A DNA stretch of 64,000 nucleotides from Paraspadella gotoi (taxonomy: Eukaryota; Animalia; Chaetognatha): NCBI GenBank assembly GCA_051294375.1, contig CM119265.1:15290963-15354962 (forward strand). The letters are read 5' to 3'. Below, in pieces: positions 36,355 through 48,255 of the stretch; position 1 is the first letter of the stretch, and every line of letters starts with the position of its first letter. Under the pieces are notes generated by a model. It saw only the letters and a program-made list of their open reading frames with translations. It ran no database searches and was not told the origin of the DNA. Both the position numbers and the translations under genes were made by a program.

Positions 36355-37964
36355 TATATATATATGAATCAGGGTTCCTCTACCCACCCACCCCTTCCCA
36401 CCCCTTCCCACCCCCTTACCCCTCTCCCCATCTTCCCACCTTCTTCGTTCCATTTTTTATTTGTCAGGTGTTGCAGAATTTTTTCTCCTCTTTCTTCAAA
36501 ATTTATTAGGTTGCCTTCCACGATTGCTGAATTTTTTTTTTTGCCCAATTTTTTTCATAATCTTTTTCATTTTTTCATTTTATGCGAAGCGCACAAACTC
36601 TTGAATGGTAGAAAATCAAAAAGGCACATATTTGACAATGCACATTTTCTAAATAAGCCATGCGCTCTTCGTCAAATCAGTGTCTCGTACCTTGCCAATA
36701 TAACGAAGGGAAAAAATCTCTTTTAAAAATTTATCTCCCTCTTTATTTTTTTTTTCTTTTTCCAACGCGAAAAGAAACGGAGAGCAGAGGATTTCCTTCG
36801 CAAATTAAGAATGACAGGGGAAAAATTGAAGCATCGTTTGGGGGACTGTTTCTCTTGTTTAGGGACCTTCTTTCATACGCTTTATCATCTACTCTTCTCT
36901 CTCTTATCTCTCTGGCTCTCTCTGCGGTCTCTCCTCTCTCTCTGCTCGTCATCTCTCTCTCTCTGTAATCTGTCTCTGCTTTTCTCGGGCATAAATCGCT
37001 TCCCTTTAGGCGTTTTCCAAATGCTTTTTTCCCGCTCTTTCCTTTTTTCTCTTTTCTTTTTTTTTCTCCTCGCATATATTCTCATTTTTAAGCTAACAAC
37101 CTCTTTCACACTGATCTTCATTTTAGCCTTACCCTCTCCACTCCGCCAACACCCACCCGACGCCAACCTCTCCATCTCATTCCCTCTTTTTGTCAGCGAC
37201 TAAAGACTCTTTCCTTTCGCCATTTGATCCGACAAGTGTCTCTCTTTTAAGCCTTTTTTCCTCCACTTTTTTTTTCCTCTTCGCCTTTTTACATTTTTTT
37301 CGGTCCCGTCTCGGGGTCTATTCATTATTTTTAGTGGAGGCCATTTTTCCCATTTTGCTCTCGGCACTCGAAACTCTTCCAGATTTTAGGCGAGAGGCGT
37401 CGGGGGTCGAGAAACCGAGTCTCGGCGTCATAATGAGCTACGTCCCTGCGTCTCAAGGTCTCTCGCTAATCACTTCACCTCTCTCCCTTCATATCTCATT
37501 ACCAATTCATTCTCTCTTCAATCTTCATATAGTTCAGACTTCGCTTTCTTTCGTTTGAGTCAACAAAGAACTTTGTTAAAGGCCTCTTTTTTTTATAACT
37601 GTACTTGGTCATTGGTCACGAAGCCAAGAGTGTCCATATTTTAACATGAAATAGTCTAAACGTAGGTCTAAATTTTAAAATCGAAAAATTCTAAACCACT
37701 TAAAAATAGGCCCAAAAAACGTTTTAAAAGTTGCATAACTTTGTCATTTTATGCATTTAATAAAAAACAATTATGTTTCATTTTTTTTAAATCTAAAAAT
37801 GTACGAACTAAAAAAGTATCGGATTTTGTTAGTAGTCCAAATAGGATTCGCTCGCTCCCCGCGTCCGACCGAATTCTCCAATCGCAACTGCGACTTGTGA
37901 GCGAAGAATTCGGTTCCGACTTCGCATAGTAAAAAATCTCGCACACCGGATAGGAGGTTCTTCA

Positions 37965-38985
37965 ATTCCCTCTCCTCTCTCTCAACCCATTCACTTCCTC
38001 TCCATCTGCTCCCTTCCTCTCATCCCCGCTTCCAGCCTCACCTCCCCCGTTCTTCTTCCTGCACGAACTCATTCATCGTCCTCTTCTCCTCTCCTCTCTT
38101 TCTTCCTCTCCCTCTTTCCGCTTCCTCTTCTTCCTACTCCATTTCTCCCTAACCTCTATCATTCCTCTCAATCTCCATCCTCTCCTCTTTTCCTCTCCCT
38201 TCCTCATTTCCATCTCCCATCCTCTTCTTCCCTCTCCATGCTCCTCTCTGCTTCTGCCTTCTCCCTCTCTCTCCTCACTCTTCTTTCCTCTTCTCTCCCT
38301 CCTCTTTTCCTCTCCATCTACCCTCCTCTTGCTTCCTCTCCCTCTCCCCTCTCTTCCTCTTCTCCTTTCTCGCTCTCTGCCCTTTTCCTGCTTCCTTCCT
38401 CTCTCTCCTCCTCCCCTCCTCTTATTCCGTCTTACCATCTCCCTACCTCTTCTCTTCCTCGCTCCCTTCTTCACGCTCCCTCTTCTTCTCTCTCATCTCC
38501 TGCCTCTTCCTCCCCTCCTCTTCTTACGCTCTCGCTCCTCCTCTTCTTCGCTCTTCTCCGCTTCTCTTCCTCTCCATCCTCCTTCTTCTTCCTTCCCTCA
38601 TCTCCTCCTCTTCTTCCTCCCTTCTGCCTGTCCTCTCTTCCTCTCCTTTCATGCCTCCTCTTCTCCTCCTCCTCACTCGTCTCTTCCTCTTCGCTCTCCT
38701 CCTCTTCTTCCTCTCCGCTCTCCCTCTTTCTTCCTCTCATCTCCTGCGCTCTCTCTTCTCTCACTCTACCTTCCTTCCTCTTTCCTCCATTGCCACTCCT
38801 CGATTCTTCCTCTTGCCTCTCCATGCCTCTTTCTTCCACTCTCTCTCTTCCTCTCCACTCTCTCTTCTCTCTCCCTCTCTTCTCCCATCCCTCTCACCTC
38901 TCCTCCTGCTCCATCTCCCTCTTCTAAATCTTCCTTCCCCTCCCTTCTTGCTTCCTCTCCATGCTCTCGCTTCTTGTTTCTCGTC
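37965..38985. repeat. Polypyrimidine low-complexity tract of about 1 kb
   Basis: Almost only C and T on the plus strand. It is the source of the S/L/P and E/R/G ORFs. Confidence 0.9.
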
Positions 38986-39734
38986 TCAAAAAAATGAAGT
39001 TTATATTGAATTCGGATTGCGAAATCTCAAAGTCAACGCTGCTTTCGGACTTTTTTTTTCAACTCGGGGCCTCGTGTTTCAATACCCGAGAATTCTTGTT
39101 CTTTTTTTTTAAACTTGCCTCTTGTTTTTAATAATTGTATGTTTTAATTTAGCACCGCGTTTTGTTTGTGGTTTTTTTTATTTCGTTTTGGGTTTTTAGT
39201 TTTCTTTTCTTAATTTTCCCAATTCCTTTTAAAAAAATTCTATAGTTTAGTTTTTTAACACTTTTTTAGAACATTCTAAAATAAGCAATTGGCATTGATT
39301 TCCTTTTTTTATTACACATTGTTTCCTCGCTTTTTCGTTTCCCATTTCTTCCTCTTTTTTTTTCTTATTTTTACATATTAATCCTTTTTATTTTCGCCGT
39401 CTTTCTCTTTTATATTTCAGCCTCCTTGCCTTTTTTCTTCGCTTCTTTTCTTCCTTCTTTTCTTCCTTTGCCTTCTCTTTTCAACCTCCCCATCTAATTC
39501 GTTTTTAGCAAAAGGAATGAATAAAATATTAAGCGACGTAATGGCGATTTCTGAGAATCGGAATCTTAATGAAAAGGATTAGCGTTTGATTTCCATCTTT
39601 TTAATCCATCCTCACTCTTTATTCCAATTCATCCGCCTTCACTTTTAAAGGCCCGACCGTCTGGCGTCGTATTTTGGGTCGGTGCGGGGTCGTCACAGGA
39701 AATTTCTGGTCCGTATATGATTTCAACGTCGTCG

Positions 39735-39900
39735 GTCGTCGTCGTCGTCATGGGCATCGAGTTGTAAAATTTTCTTGGGCCTTTCAAAAATTGATTGGCA
39801 TAATAAACGCGTAATCTCGTCGTCGTAGCATGGCATCGAGTTTGTAAAAATTTTCTTGGGCCTTTCAAAAAATTCGATGCATATAACGCTAATCGTCGTG
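39735..39900. repeat. Two tandem units of about 80 bp within (GTC)n
   Basis: ggcatcgagtt(t)gtaaaa(a)ttttcttgggcctttcaaaaa occurs twice. Confidence 0.85.
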
Positions 39901-40550
39901 CGTTCGTCGTCGCGCCGTCGTCGTCGTCCGTCGTCATCGTCGTCGTCGTCGTCGTCGCCGTCGTTTTAACATGTTAATCTTTTTTACTTCTTTTGTCTCA
40001 TCCTCATCAAGATTCTTTGATCTTTTTTTAAATTCTTCTTCTCTTCTCATTTTTTTCTCCTTCCTCCATACTGAGATGCACTTAGTCGTAACGAGATATC
40101 AATCGATCGGTTTGGATTTTTTTGCGGACTACCATTCAGGATTAATTACTCAGTTAAAATGATAGTATCGAAAGTTTGTTTTGTTTTGTTTTGTTTTGTA
40201 AATTAATTTTTACGTTGCGAGACTAAAACGGTTTATTTTTCTTTTTTTATCTCTGCTTGGTTTACGCTACGTCATTCCTTTTCTTTCCTTTTCTTTCCTT
40301 CTTTCTCTCCCTGTCAAACTCACCGCTCTAACTCTCCTTTCAGTCTTTCGCTTTCCTCTTTCCTCCATTCTTCTCTCTTTACTCCTCCCCTCTCCTACCT
40401 TTCCTATTTTTCTTTCTTCCTCCTCCCTCCCTCTTCTCCCATTTTCCCCACTCGCCCTTCCTCCCTTTCCTCTCCGATCTTCATCAGTTTTTCTTGGCAT
40501 CCCTGGGGAGCTTTTGATTAGAATAAACTGTTTCACGCCTCTCGCTGACG

Positions 40551-40585
<35 letters not shown>

Positions 40586-41157
40586 CTGCCGCAACCTCTG
40601 CCGCCTTCACGCTTCAATTTGCGGCAAAAACATGCGAGAAAAAAAATGCGGAGAGTGTGAGTCATTCGGAGAGACCGTCGTCCTCGTCGTCGTCGGCGTC
40701 GTCGGCGTTGGGCGTCGTCGCCGCGGCGTCACCATCGCGTCGGCTTTTAGATTCGCCTTAAGTGGAAAGTGAATTTATGGTAGGCGAGTTCGGGATTACC
40801 GGGGGAAATAACCGAGGGGGGTTTATTAAGAATAGGCGACCGAATAAGTTCCATAAATTTTTGTATTAGGTACCAAAGATGTTTGTACCTTTTTTTCGTT
40901 TGTATATTATGCTACAGCCACACTATACTTTAATAATCAATATCATCACTAATTTTTCCCTTTCCCCCCAATTTCTCGGACGCGAAGAACAATGGCTTCG
41001 CCGCCACAATGTTATCTGTTCCCACTTGAAAAAAATGAGAAAACTTCATTGCATCTGCCGATCGTCTCATTTGCATATCATCTCGTTTGCATATCAGTTC
41101 GTTAATCGAATCATTAGACATTATTGCGACCATGAAAAAAAAAACTCGTGACCGTTG

Positions 41158-41203
<46 letters not shown>

Positions 41204-41269
41204 TCCTCCAACCGCGTCTGTCTGTCTGTCGACTCGTAACAACGAGAGTATAATTACGAAACCAGAACA

Positions 41270-41560
41270 GTTACCAGACTCGCCACAGTGGCGGCGAGGC
41301 GTTGGCGGCGGCGCGGCGGTGGGAGCGGCGTCATTAGCTGTCGGCTGCTGCGGAGAGAGATTCTCGCCTTTTTATTTTGGAGGTTTTCGAAAGCTTCACG
41401 AGAAAAATAGGTGACGTTGGCGGCGAATATTTGATGATCACAAGTTGGCTTTTGAAACCTCTCCAGCTTCTACGAACACAACTACACAGGCAGATACTGC
41501 GGTAGCAGTGGCCGCTGTTATCATGACGGGATGCGACGTCAGCTACGCCGGCGGCGATAT
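41270..41560 (-). CDS. Possible exon with EGF-like Cys pattern, frameshifted
   Basis: NSGHCYRSICLCSCV..SWRG, then after a frame change KPTCDHQIFAANVTYFSREAF. Confidence 0.25.
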
Positions 41561-42025
41561 GGGAGCGGGCGAGTTATGCCGCGACCGCCTTTGCCGCCTT
41601 TGCCGCTATTGCGTCTCCAAGCGATATTAGATTACTGTCCACGGTTTATTAGAACATAATTTAATTGTTTGGTTCCGATTTAAAATATAAAAAAAAAAAT
41701 TGCGAAGCTGCAGATGCGATGAGATGAGGAGCAGATGTAAAAACCGGGAATAAATTTGAAGGAATAATGAGGCGACGTTTGCGGGGAAACGAGAAACCAG
41801 AACAAAACGTCAATTCGATAACTAGAATTTCATGTCCTTAAGAAAAGGACGCAGATTCTCTGGAAAAAAATTAGACTAATCAGCTTTTTATCAAAAAGGG
41901 GGAAAAAAGATTTTTTTTTCTGGTCCGTCAAAAATGTTTTTGAATCTACTACTGCCTCTATTTTGGGTTTTATTATTGTTTCGAAATGGCAGATTTTTCA
42001 AGTGACCGGCCCAAATTGAAACCAG

Positions 42026-42251
42026 TGTTGCAACAGAAACACGCGACCTCCCACCCGATATCATCTCTCTCTCCCAATCACTGGGCCGATCACCGGTCAC
42101 ACCACTCCACCGGCTGTCCTCAGCCGGGCTCTCTGTACAGTTTATGTTATTGGTTTTAGACTTAGCATTATTTTGGAATTGATTTCTGTTATTATGTTGG
42201 AGAATCAAATCATTTCTCGATCTGAACTTCGTCTCTTTAATAACTGCCACA
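42026..42251 (+). repeat. Gypsy 5' LTR
   Basis: TGTTGCAACAG...AACTGCCACA, matching 46984-47205. Confidence 0.93.
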
Positions 42252-42253
42252 CG

Positions 42254-42268
42254 TGGTGAGCCCGACGT
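42254..42268 (+). promoter_or_regulatory. Primer-binding site, tRNA-Trp type
   Basis: TGGTGAGCCCGACGT lies 2 nt after the LTR and has one mismatch to the tRNA-Trp PBS TGGTGACCCCGACGT. Confidence 0.85.
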
Positions 42269-42459
42269 AAATAAAAAAAAAAAACAAAAAAAAACCAAAA
42301 AAACAAAAAAAAAAAAACGAAAATATAAAAGAAAGAAAACTACATTTCACTCATTGTTCAAACTGGCTTCTCGCGAGCAGCGACCTCTCTCCCCGAGACC
42401 GCGACCGTCGGCCGTCGCTACCACGCAACTCTACGCCCGCCGAACGAAGAAATCGATAC

Positions 42460-43640
42460 AATGGCGGCTCGTAAACGACCTGAGGAGCAACACGCAAGCC
42501 GGAACTAGCGACGACGTGATCGACGACGCCGCCAATCCGCCCATGGTCGTCCCTCCATGGTTCCAGCCTTTTCTTAGACCAACTTGAGGAAATTAAAAAC
42601 GCGCTCAGAACACCAGAACCATCAAGCCACCGAGCTGACAAACTCCAGCTTGAGCTCTACCAACTTGGAGACCGGATCCGACGGCGCTCAAACCGGGTCG
42701 ACCGCGCCGCCCAAGCCGGCCGCCGCCCCTCAAGCAGCGGGGCAACCCCTCGACGATGTCTTGCGTCGACCAACCACCCACAAGAACGCCCGAAACTCCC
42801 GGCGTTTGACCCCGACACATATCGTCGAATTGGCTGGAGACTGTCGACACCGCCGATTCGAGGTGGCTTGATGTCGCCGATGACCGCGTCAAAGAAAGGC
42901 GCACTCCTCGCGGCAAATCCCGCGGATCGCCATCGCCATTTGGACCCCGTCATCCGGAAAGTCAAAAGCCGGCGGGCCGCGTACTTCAACTCTATCTTCG
43001 GACCACTCCTTCAAATATGGTTTTACTCGGCGATTCTAAGTCTCAGCGCGCACGCCAAGTTGTTGAAAATGACGTCACTGAGGGGGAGCAACCCCTCCAG
43101 CATCTCGCTGCAATACCGCTCGGACAGGCAGCCGTCTTGAGATGAGATGACATCTTCTTGGCCCTCCTCACTGCAGCCCTGCCACCACCTGTCCGTGAAC
43201 ACGTCCAGAAAGGGAAGACGAAAGTCTTGACTCTGTGGCAAAAACAGCCACTACCTTCTCAACAACGCCCTCGGACAGCTACGCAATCAAGTCGGCGGCC
43301 GTCAATGCCGTCCAGATCACCGCGGCTGTTCGGAGGAACCCCTCGGATGAGTCGCTGGAACCTCCAGAGGAATTCGCGGACGATGAAACCGAAACAGTGC
43401 CGATGTCTTATGCCAACGCGGTTAAACGAACCTATTCCAAACCGCCGCTACGCCTACGTACACAACAACAACAGCGCCGACCACAACAACAACAACAACG
43501 ACTCCATCAATCGCAATTCCGAAGGCAGAATCCAGTCCCGCCTGGTGAGAATAGATGTGTTTTCCACTACATCTATGGCACAAGGGCACGACAATGTGAC
43601 GGACCACCTTGCAGCATGGCGTCAAACACCAACGCCGGCG
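42460..43640 (+). pseudogene. gag: gag of Gypsy copy 1 (frameshifted; start uncertain)
   Basis: C-terminal RCVFHYIYGTRARQCDGPPC (CX2HX9CX4C), identical to copy 2. Confidence 0.8.
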
Positions 43641-44275
43641 CTTCTTCCAGGAGGGCAGGGACGAGAGAAATGTGATCACTGAATAGCGTAAAAACGGCGT
43701 CCCTCGATGTATGGTCGGAAGTGGCGGATGGCGGCGTGGGCGGCCGTACAGCTCTTTATCGAAAGGCGCGCCATTTGGTAATTTGTGAGCCTTTGAGAGT
43801 TCTTGAGAAGAAACCCAGTGGTGCCCACACCTCCTCAACGCGTTGTTCCAGGCGACAGCGCCAAATGCGCGATGTCGGAGGCGTCGACTGTCAAAGCAAG
43901 TGGGGCGCTGTCAATTGCAATGGACAGGAGCGTGGCGTCAGAGCTCAAGGTGCGTTCCCTTATAGCTGCTAAACGGCGGTCGTCTTGTTGGCGCTGCCCA
44001 ATTGATTAGGGAGCGCCGCCTTGCCACTTTGAGGAGTTCGTAAGGTAGACGGGGACCACGTTGATGCATCGGGCCGCCAGATAAAACGTGAGTCCGGCCA
44101 TCGAATAGCCGCCCGGTAGTAATTCAGGCCATGCCAAGGAACCGCTTGATAGATTCCTTTGACTGGGAACGGTGGGCGTGGCCATGTGCTGCGATCGCCC
44201 TCCAACCTTTGTCGCGATGCTGGGCTTGATGATGCCATTGCCAGCGTTCACATGGTTAACAAGGAACAATCTCTC
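43641..44275 (-). pseudogene. pol: Inverted RT-end/RNase H segment of the same element
   Basis: Reverse complement of about 49850-50437 (FFSRTLKGSQT, PFDKELY, FSDHISLVPAL). Confidence 0.85.
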
Positions 44276-45259
44276 TCTTTTTTNNNNNNNNNNNNNNNNN
44301 NNNNNNNNNNNNNNNNNNNNNNNNNNNNNNNNNNNNNNNNNNNNNNNNNNNNNNNNNNNNNNNNNNNNNNNNNNNNNNNNNNNNNNNNNNNNNNNNNNNN
44401 NNNNNNNNNNNNNNNNNNNNNNNNNNNNNNNNNNNNNNNNNNNNNNNNNNNNNNNNNNNNNNNNNNNNNNNNNNNNNNNNNNNNNNNNNNNNNNNNNNNN
44501 NNNNNNNNNNNNNNNNNNNNNNNNNNNNNNNNNNNNNNNNNNNNNNNNNNNNNNNNNNNNNNNNNNNNNNNNNNNNNNNNNNNNNNNNNNNNNNNNNNNN
44601 NNNNNNNNNNNNNNNNNNNNNNNNNNNNNNNNNNNNNNNNNNNNNNNNNNNNNNNNNNNNNNNNNNNNNNNNNNNNNNNNNNNNNNNNNNNNNNNNNNNN
44701 NNNNNNNNNNNNNNNNNNNNNNNNNNNNNNNNNNNNNNNNNNNNNNNNNNNNNNNNNNNNNNNNNNNNNNNNNNNNNNNNNNNNNNNNNNNNNNNNNNNN
44801 NNNNNNNNNNNNNNNNNNNNNNNNNNNNNNNNNNNNNNNNNNNNNNNNNNNNNNNNNNNNNNNNNNNNNNNNNNNNNNNNNNNNNNNNNNNNNNNNNNNN
44901 NNNNNNNNNNNNNNNNNNNNNNNNNNNNNNNNNNNNNNNNNNNNNNNNNNNNNNNNNNNNNNNNNNNNNNNNNNNNNNNNNNNNNNNNNNNNNNNNNNNN
45001 NNNNNNNNNNNNNNNNNNNNNNNNNNNNNNNNNNNNNNNNNNNNNNNNNNNNNNNNNNNNNNNNNNNNNNNNNNNNNNNNNNNNNNNNNNNNNNNNNNNN
45101 NNNNNNNNNNNNNNNNNNNNNNNNNNNNNNNNNNNNNNNNNNNNNNNNNNNNNNNNNNNNNNNNNNNNNNNNNNNNNNNNNNNNNNNNNNNNNNNNNNNN
45201 NNNNNNNNNNNNNNNNNNNNNNNNNNNNNNNNNNNNNNNNNNNNNNNNNNNNNNNNNNN

Positions 45260-46940
45260 AGGCAGAGCCACACACGATGCGCCAAACGTACCAGCTTGCC
45301 GGAATCGCCGAATTCACCGGCGACATCCGGCACATCGCCGGAAAAGCCAATGTCGTAGCCGACGCCCTCTCCCGACCAAACGGAGCACCAGCCGCCGAAA
45401 CAGCTGACGCCCAAACCGAAGCGCCAGTCACATCTTCCAACAGCGCCGACAGGGCCATCATAAACCAGGACCAGAAGTCACGTGAACTGGAAGACGTCAT
45501 CGCCACCGTCAATGCCATTGGCTCAATGAGCGTCAACCTCGAGGCAATGGCGGTGGAACAAACAACCGACACAGATGTGCAGCGCCTTCTCAATGATCCC
45601 CATACAGCGCTGCGACTCAAACGGGTCAACATCGGCAACACCTCTCTCATTTGCGACACTTCCGGCGCCCGTGCGCGCCCCTTGGTCCCGGAAACGTGGC
45701 GCCGCCGCATCTTTGAGGCGACCCACAACATCGGCCATCCCGGCGTCAAAGCGTCCAAGAACCTCGTTACCAAACGTTTCGTCTGGCCCTCCATTACCAG
45801 CGATGTTGGCAGATGGGCGGCGGCGTGCGACGCATGTCAGCGCTCCAAGGTACAGACTCATGTGCGGCCACCCCTCCAAGCCTTCCAGCCACCCGTCAAA
45901 CGTTTTGCGCATGTCCATGTCGACCTTGTGGGTCCACTCCCTCCTGCAGCCGGCCACACCCATCTACTAACCATCATCGATCGTTTCACGCGCTGGCCAG
46001 AAGTAGCACCCCTGCGCGACACCACAGCCGCAACCATCTCCAACGCCTTCCTCCTCAACTGGGTTGCTCGCTTTGGCGTACCCTCCGTCGTCACAACGGA
46101 TCGCGGCGCCCAATTTACTTCTGAATTGTGGCGCCAAGTGGCAACCATCGTCGGATTCAACCCAGCAACAACGACAGCATACCACCCCCAAGCAAACGGG
46201 ATGGTCGAACGCCTCCACCGGACATTGAAGGCATCTCTGCGTGCACGGTGCGATGCAGCTGGAAACAATTGGCTGCAGCAGCTTCCTTGGACACTACTCA
46301 GTCTGCCGCGCAACTCCTCGTGACGACACGGACATCTCTCCGGCAGAGCTGGCGCTGGGCGAGACGCTCACCCTCCCTGCAACTACTTCCGGTTCCGCCA
46401 ACCGACGCGGACGCAGAATCCCGCGCCAGCGTGCTGGAAGAACTGCGTGCCGATGTAGCTCTGATGCAGCCCCTGCCGGCGACGTGGCATTCGGCGCCAA
46501 CTCCACGGGTCCCCAAAACGCTCGCCGACACCTCCCGTGTCTACATCCGGCGCGATGGTCACACAGCGCCGCTCCAGCCGGTCTACGATGGCCCTTATGA
46601 CATCACCGAGAAAAGCGACAAAACTTTCAAAGTGGTTATTCCTGGGCGTGGTGTCGAAACTATCTCGGTCGACCGCCTCAAGCCTGCAATCCATGCGCAA
46701 GACCTGCCACCGCCGACGCCGCCACAGGCGCCAAGACGTGGTCGACCACCCAAACGCCCCCAGCCCTCGCCGATTGCAATTCCACCTGCAGCTGATTCAA
46801 TGCCACAACTGGTGCCGCCCCCTCCGCCGGCAACGCCCACAATAATCCCAATCATGCAGCGTCAAGCAAATCAGGTCCCAGGCCTCACCAACATCCTCCC
46901 GGCGATGCTTCAGCCGCCGGAAGATGACGAAGATCAATGA
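45260..46940 (+). CDS. pol: Integrase region of Gypsy copy 1 (one frameshift near 46305)
   Basis: NVVADALSR, HHCC zinc finger (H...HPG...CDAC), HVDLVGP, TTDRG, HPQANGMVER, GPY motif, SVDRLKP and a Pro-rich tail. Confidence 0.93.
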
Positions 46941-46965
46941 CTCTCAGCCTTCCTCCTCCTGGACG

Positions 46966-46983
46966 AAGTCTGGGGGGGGGATG
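46966..46983 (+). promoter_or_regulatory. Polypurine tract
   Basis: A G-run (tggggggggg) just before the 3' LTR. Confidence 0.8.
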
Positions 46984-47205
46984 TGTGGCAACAGAAACAC
47001 GCGACCTCACCCGATCATCTCTCTCTCCCAATCACTGGCCGATCACCGGTCACCACCACTCTCTACCGGCTGTCCTCAGCCGGGCTCTCTGTACAGTTTA
47101 TTGTTATGGTTTTAGACTTAGCATTATTTGGAATTGATTTCTGTATTATTCGTTGGAGAATAAATCATTCTCGATCTGAACTTCGTCTCTTTAATAACTG
47201 CCACA
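46984..47205 (+). repeat. Gypsy 3' LTR
   Basis: TGTGGCA...TGCCACA inverted termini, followed by CCAG. Confidence 0.93.
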
Positions 47206-48255
47206 CCAGGATAGAAAAGTCAGAAAGTGAAATCAAAACCTTAAACATTGCATTTTCCTTGAACGGATTTTCCCTTTTCCTTTCCTGCTTTAACCCTTTC
47301 GCCCGATTCCGCCGTGAACGTGCTCGCCATCCGTGGTTTGTGACTCGCGGTGAGACGTAAAAAAGAAAAAAAAGAGAAAAGAAATAAAAGAAAAAGAAAA
47401 AGAAAACAGACAACGCGATCATTTCTTGGTCTCACCAAAAAAAAAAAAATGCTGACGAACGGGTTTTTCTTTCTTTCTTTTTTTTTTATTTTCCAAAATA
47501 GGACGAGGTTTCGTCGTCATATTCGTCGTCGTCCTCGAGGTCGTCGTCAACTTCGTCGTCGTCGGCTTCGTCGTCGTCATCTTCGTCGTCGTCGGCTTCG
47601 TCCCTGGCGGCGTTATCTTCGATGTCGCGGTTATCTCGGTCGTCGTAAATTCGAGCCTCTTCGGTCACTGTCGTCGTCGTTAAGGTCGTCGTCGTCGTCG
47701 TCTTTTTCGTCGTCTTCGCTACCGACATCGTCGTCGTCGTTATCGTCGTCATCCTCGTCGTCGTCTTCGTGCGTGAGAAACGGTCATCTAATATTAAGAA
47801 TAGAGTCATGTCCGCTTTTATCTTACACCCCCCCTTTTCTGCTCGGTCTCTCGCCTTACAATCATATATGCTCTGACCTTAACCGCTTCCTCCGCGGCTC
47901 ACCCTTCGCACCCTCCCACTCCTTCCACTTCCAGTCACTCGTCTCCCACCCTCCTTCCTCACCCCTCGACCTCTTCCCCCCATTTTCGTTTTCAGCAAAT
48001 CTCCGGCCATTTGCCTCATTCGACCCGCCCCGCCTTTTTCCCGCCACGGCTGGTCATCTCATTCTTTTTAAATGGCGCCGAAATTTTTTCCGTGCCAGCG
48101 GTTGCTTGGCACGTCGCCCCGCGTTCGTTGAAACCGTCGTTGCCGTCCGTCCCGTNNNNNNNNNNNNNNNNNNNNNNNNNNNNNNNNNNNNNNNNNNNNN
48201 NNNNNNNNNNNNNNNNNNNNNNNNNNNNNNNNNNNNNNNNNNNNNNNNNNNNNNN

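Larger units (their letters stand above)
42026..47205 (+). mobile_element. Ty3/Gypsy LTR retrotransposon, CsRn1-like clade, both LTRs present, about 5.2 kb
   Basis: Direct LTRs of about 225 bp, TSD CCAG on both sides (42022-42025 and 47206-47209), tRNA-Trp-type PBS, CHCC gag motif, integrase and PPT. Confidence 0.93.

Noticed and set aside
38073-39112. ORFs of 130-230 aa rich in S/L/P or E/R/G
   Set aside because: A pyrimidine-only tract lacks stop codons by composition.
44006-45794. ORFs of 390-510 aa
   Set aside because: They run through an N-gap of about 1 kb.
45523-46855. Antisense and alternative-frame ORFs over the integrase (also 50491-51138 and 53087-54728)
   Set aside because: They are shadow ORFs of GC-rich pol coding sequence.
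47350-48255. 476-aa Arg/Ser-rich ORF as an extended gag or env
   Set aside because: It is built from (GTC)n repeats and a gap, and it reads gag out of frame.
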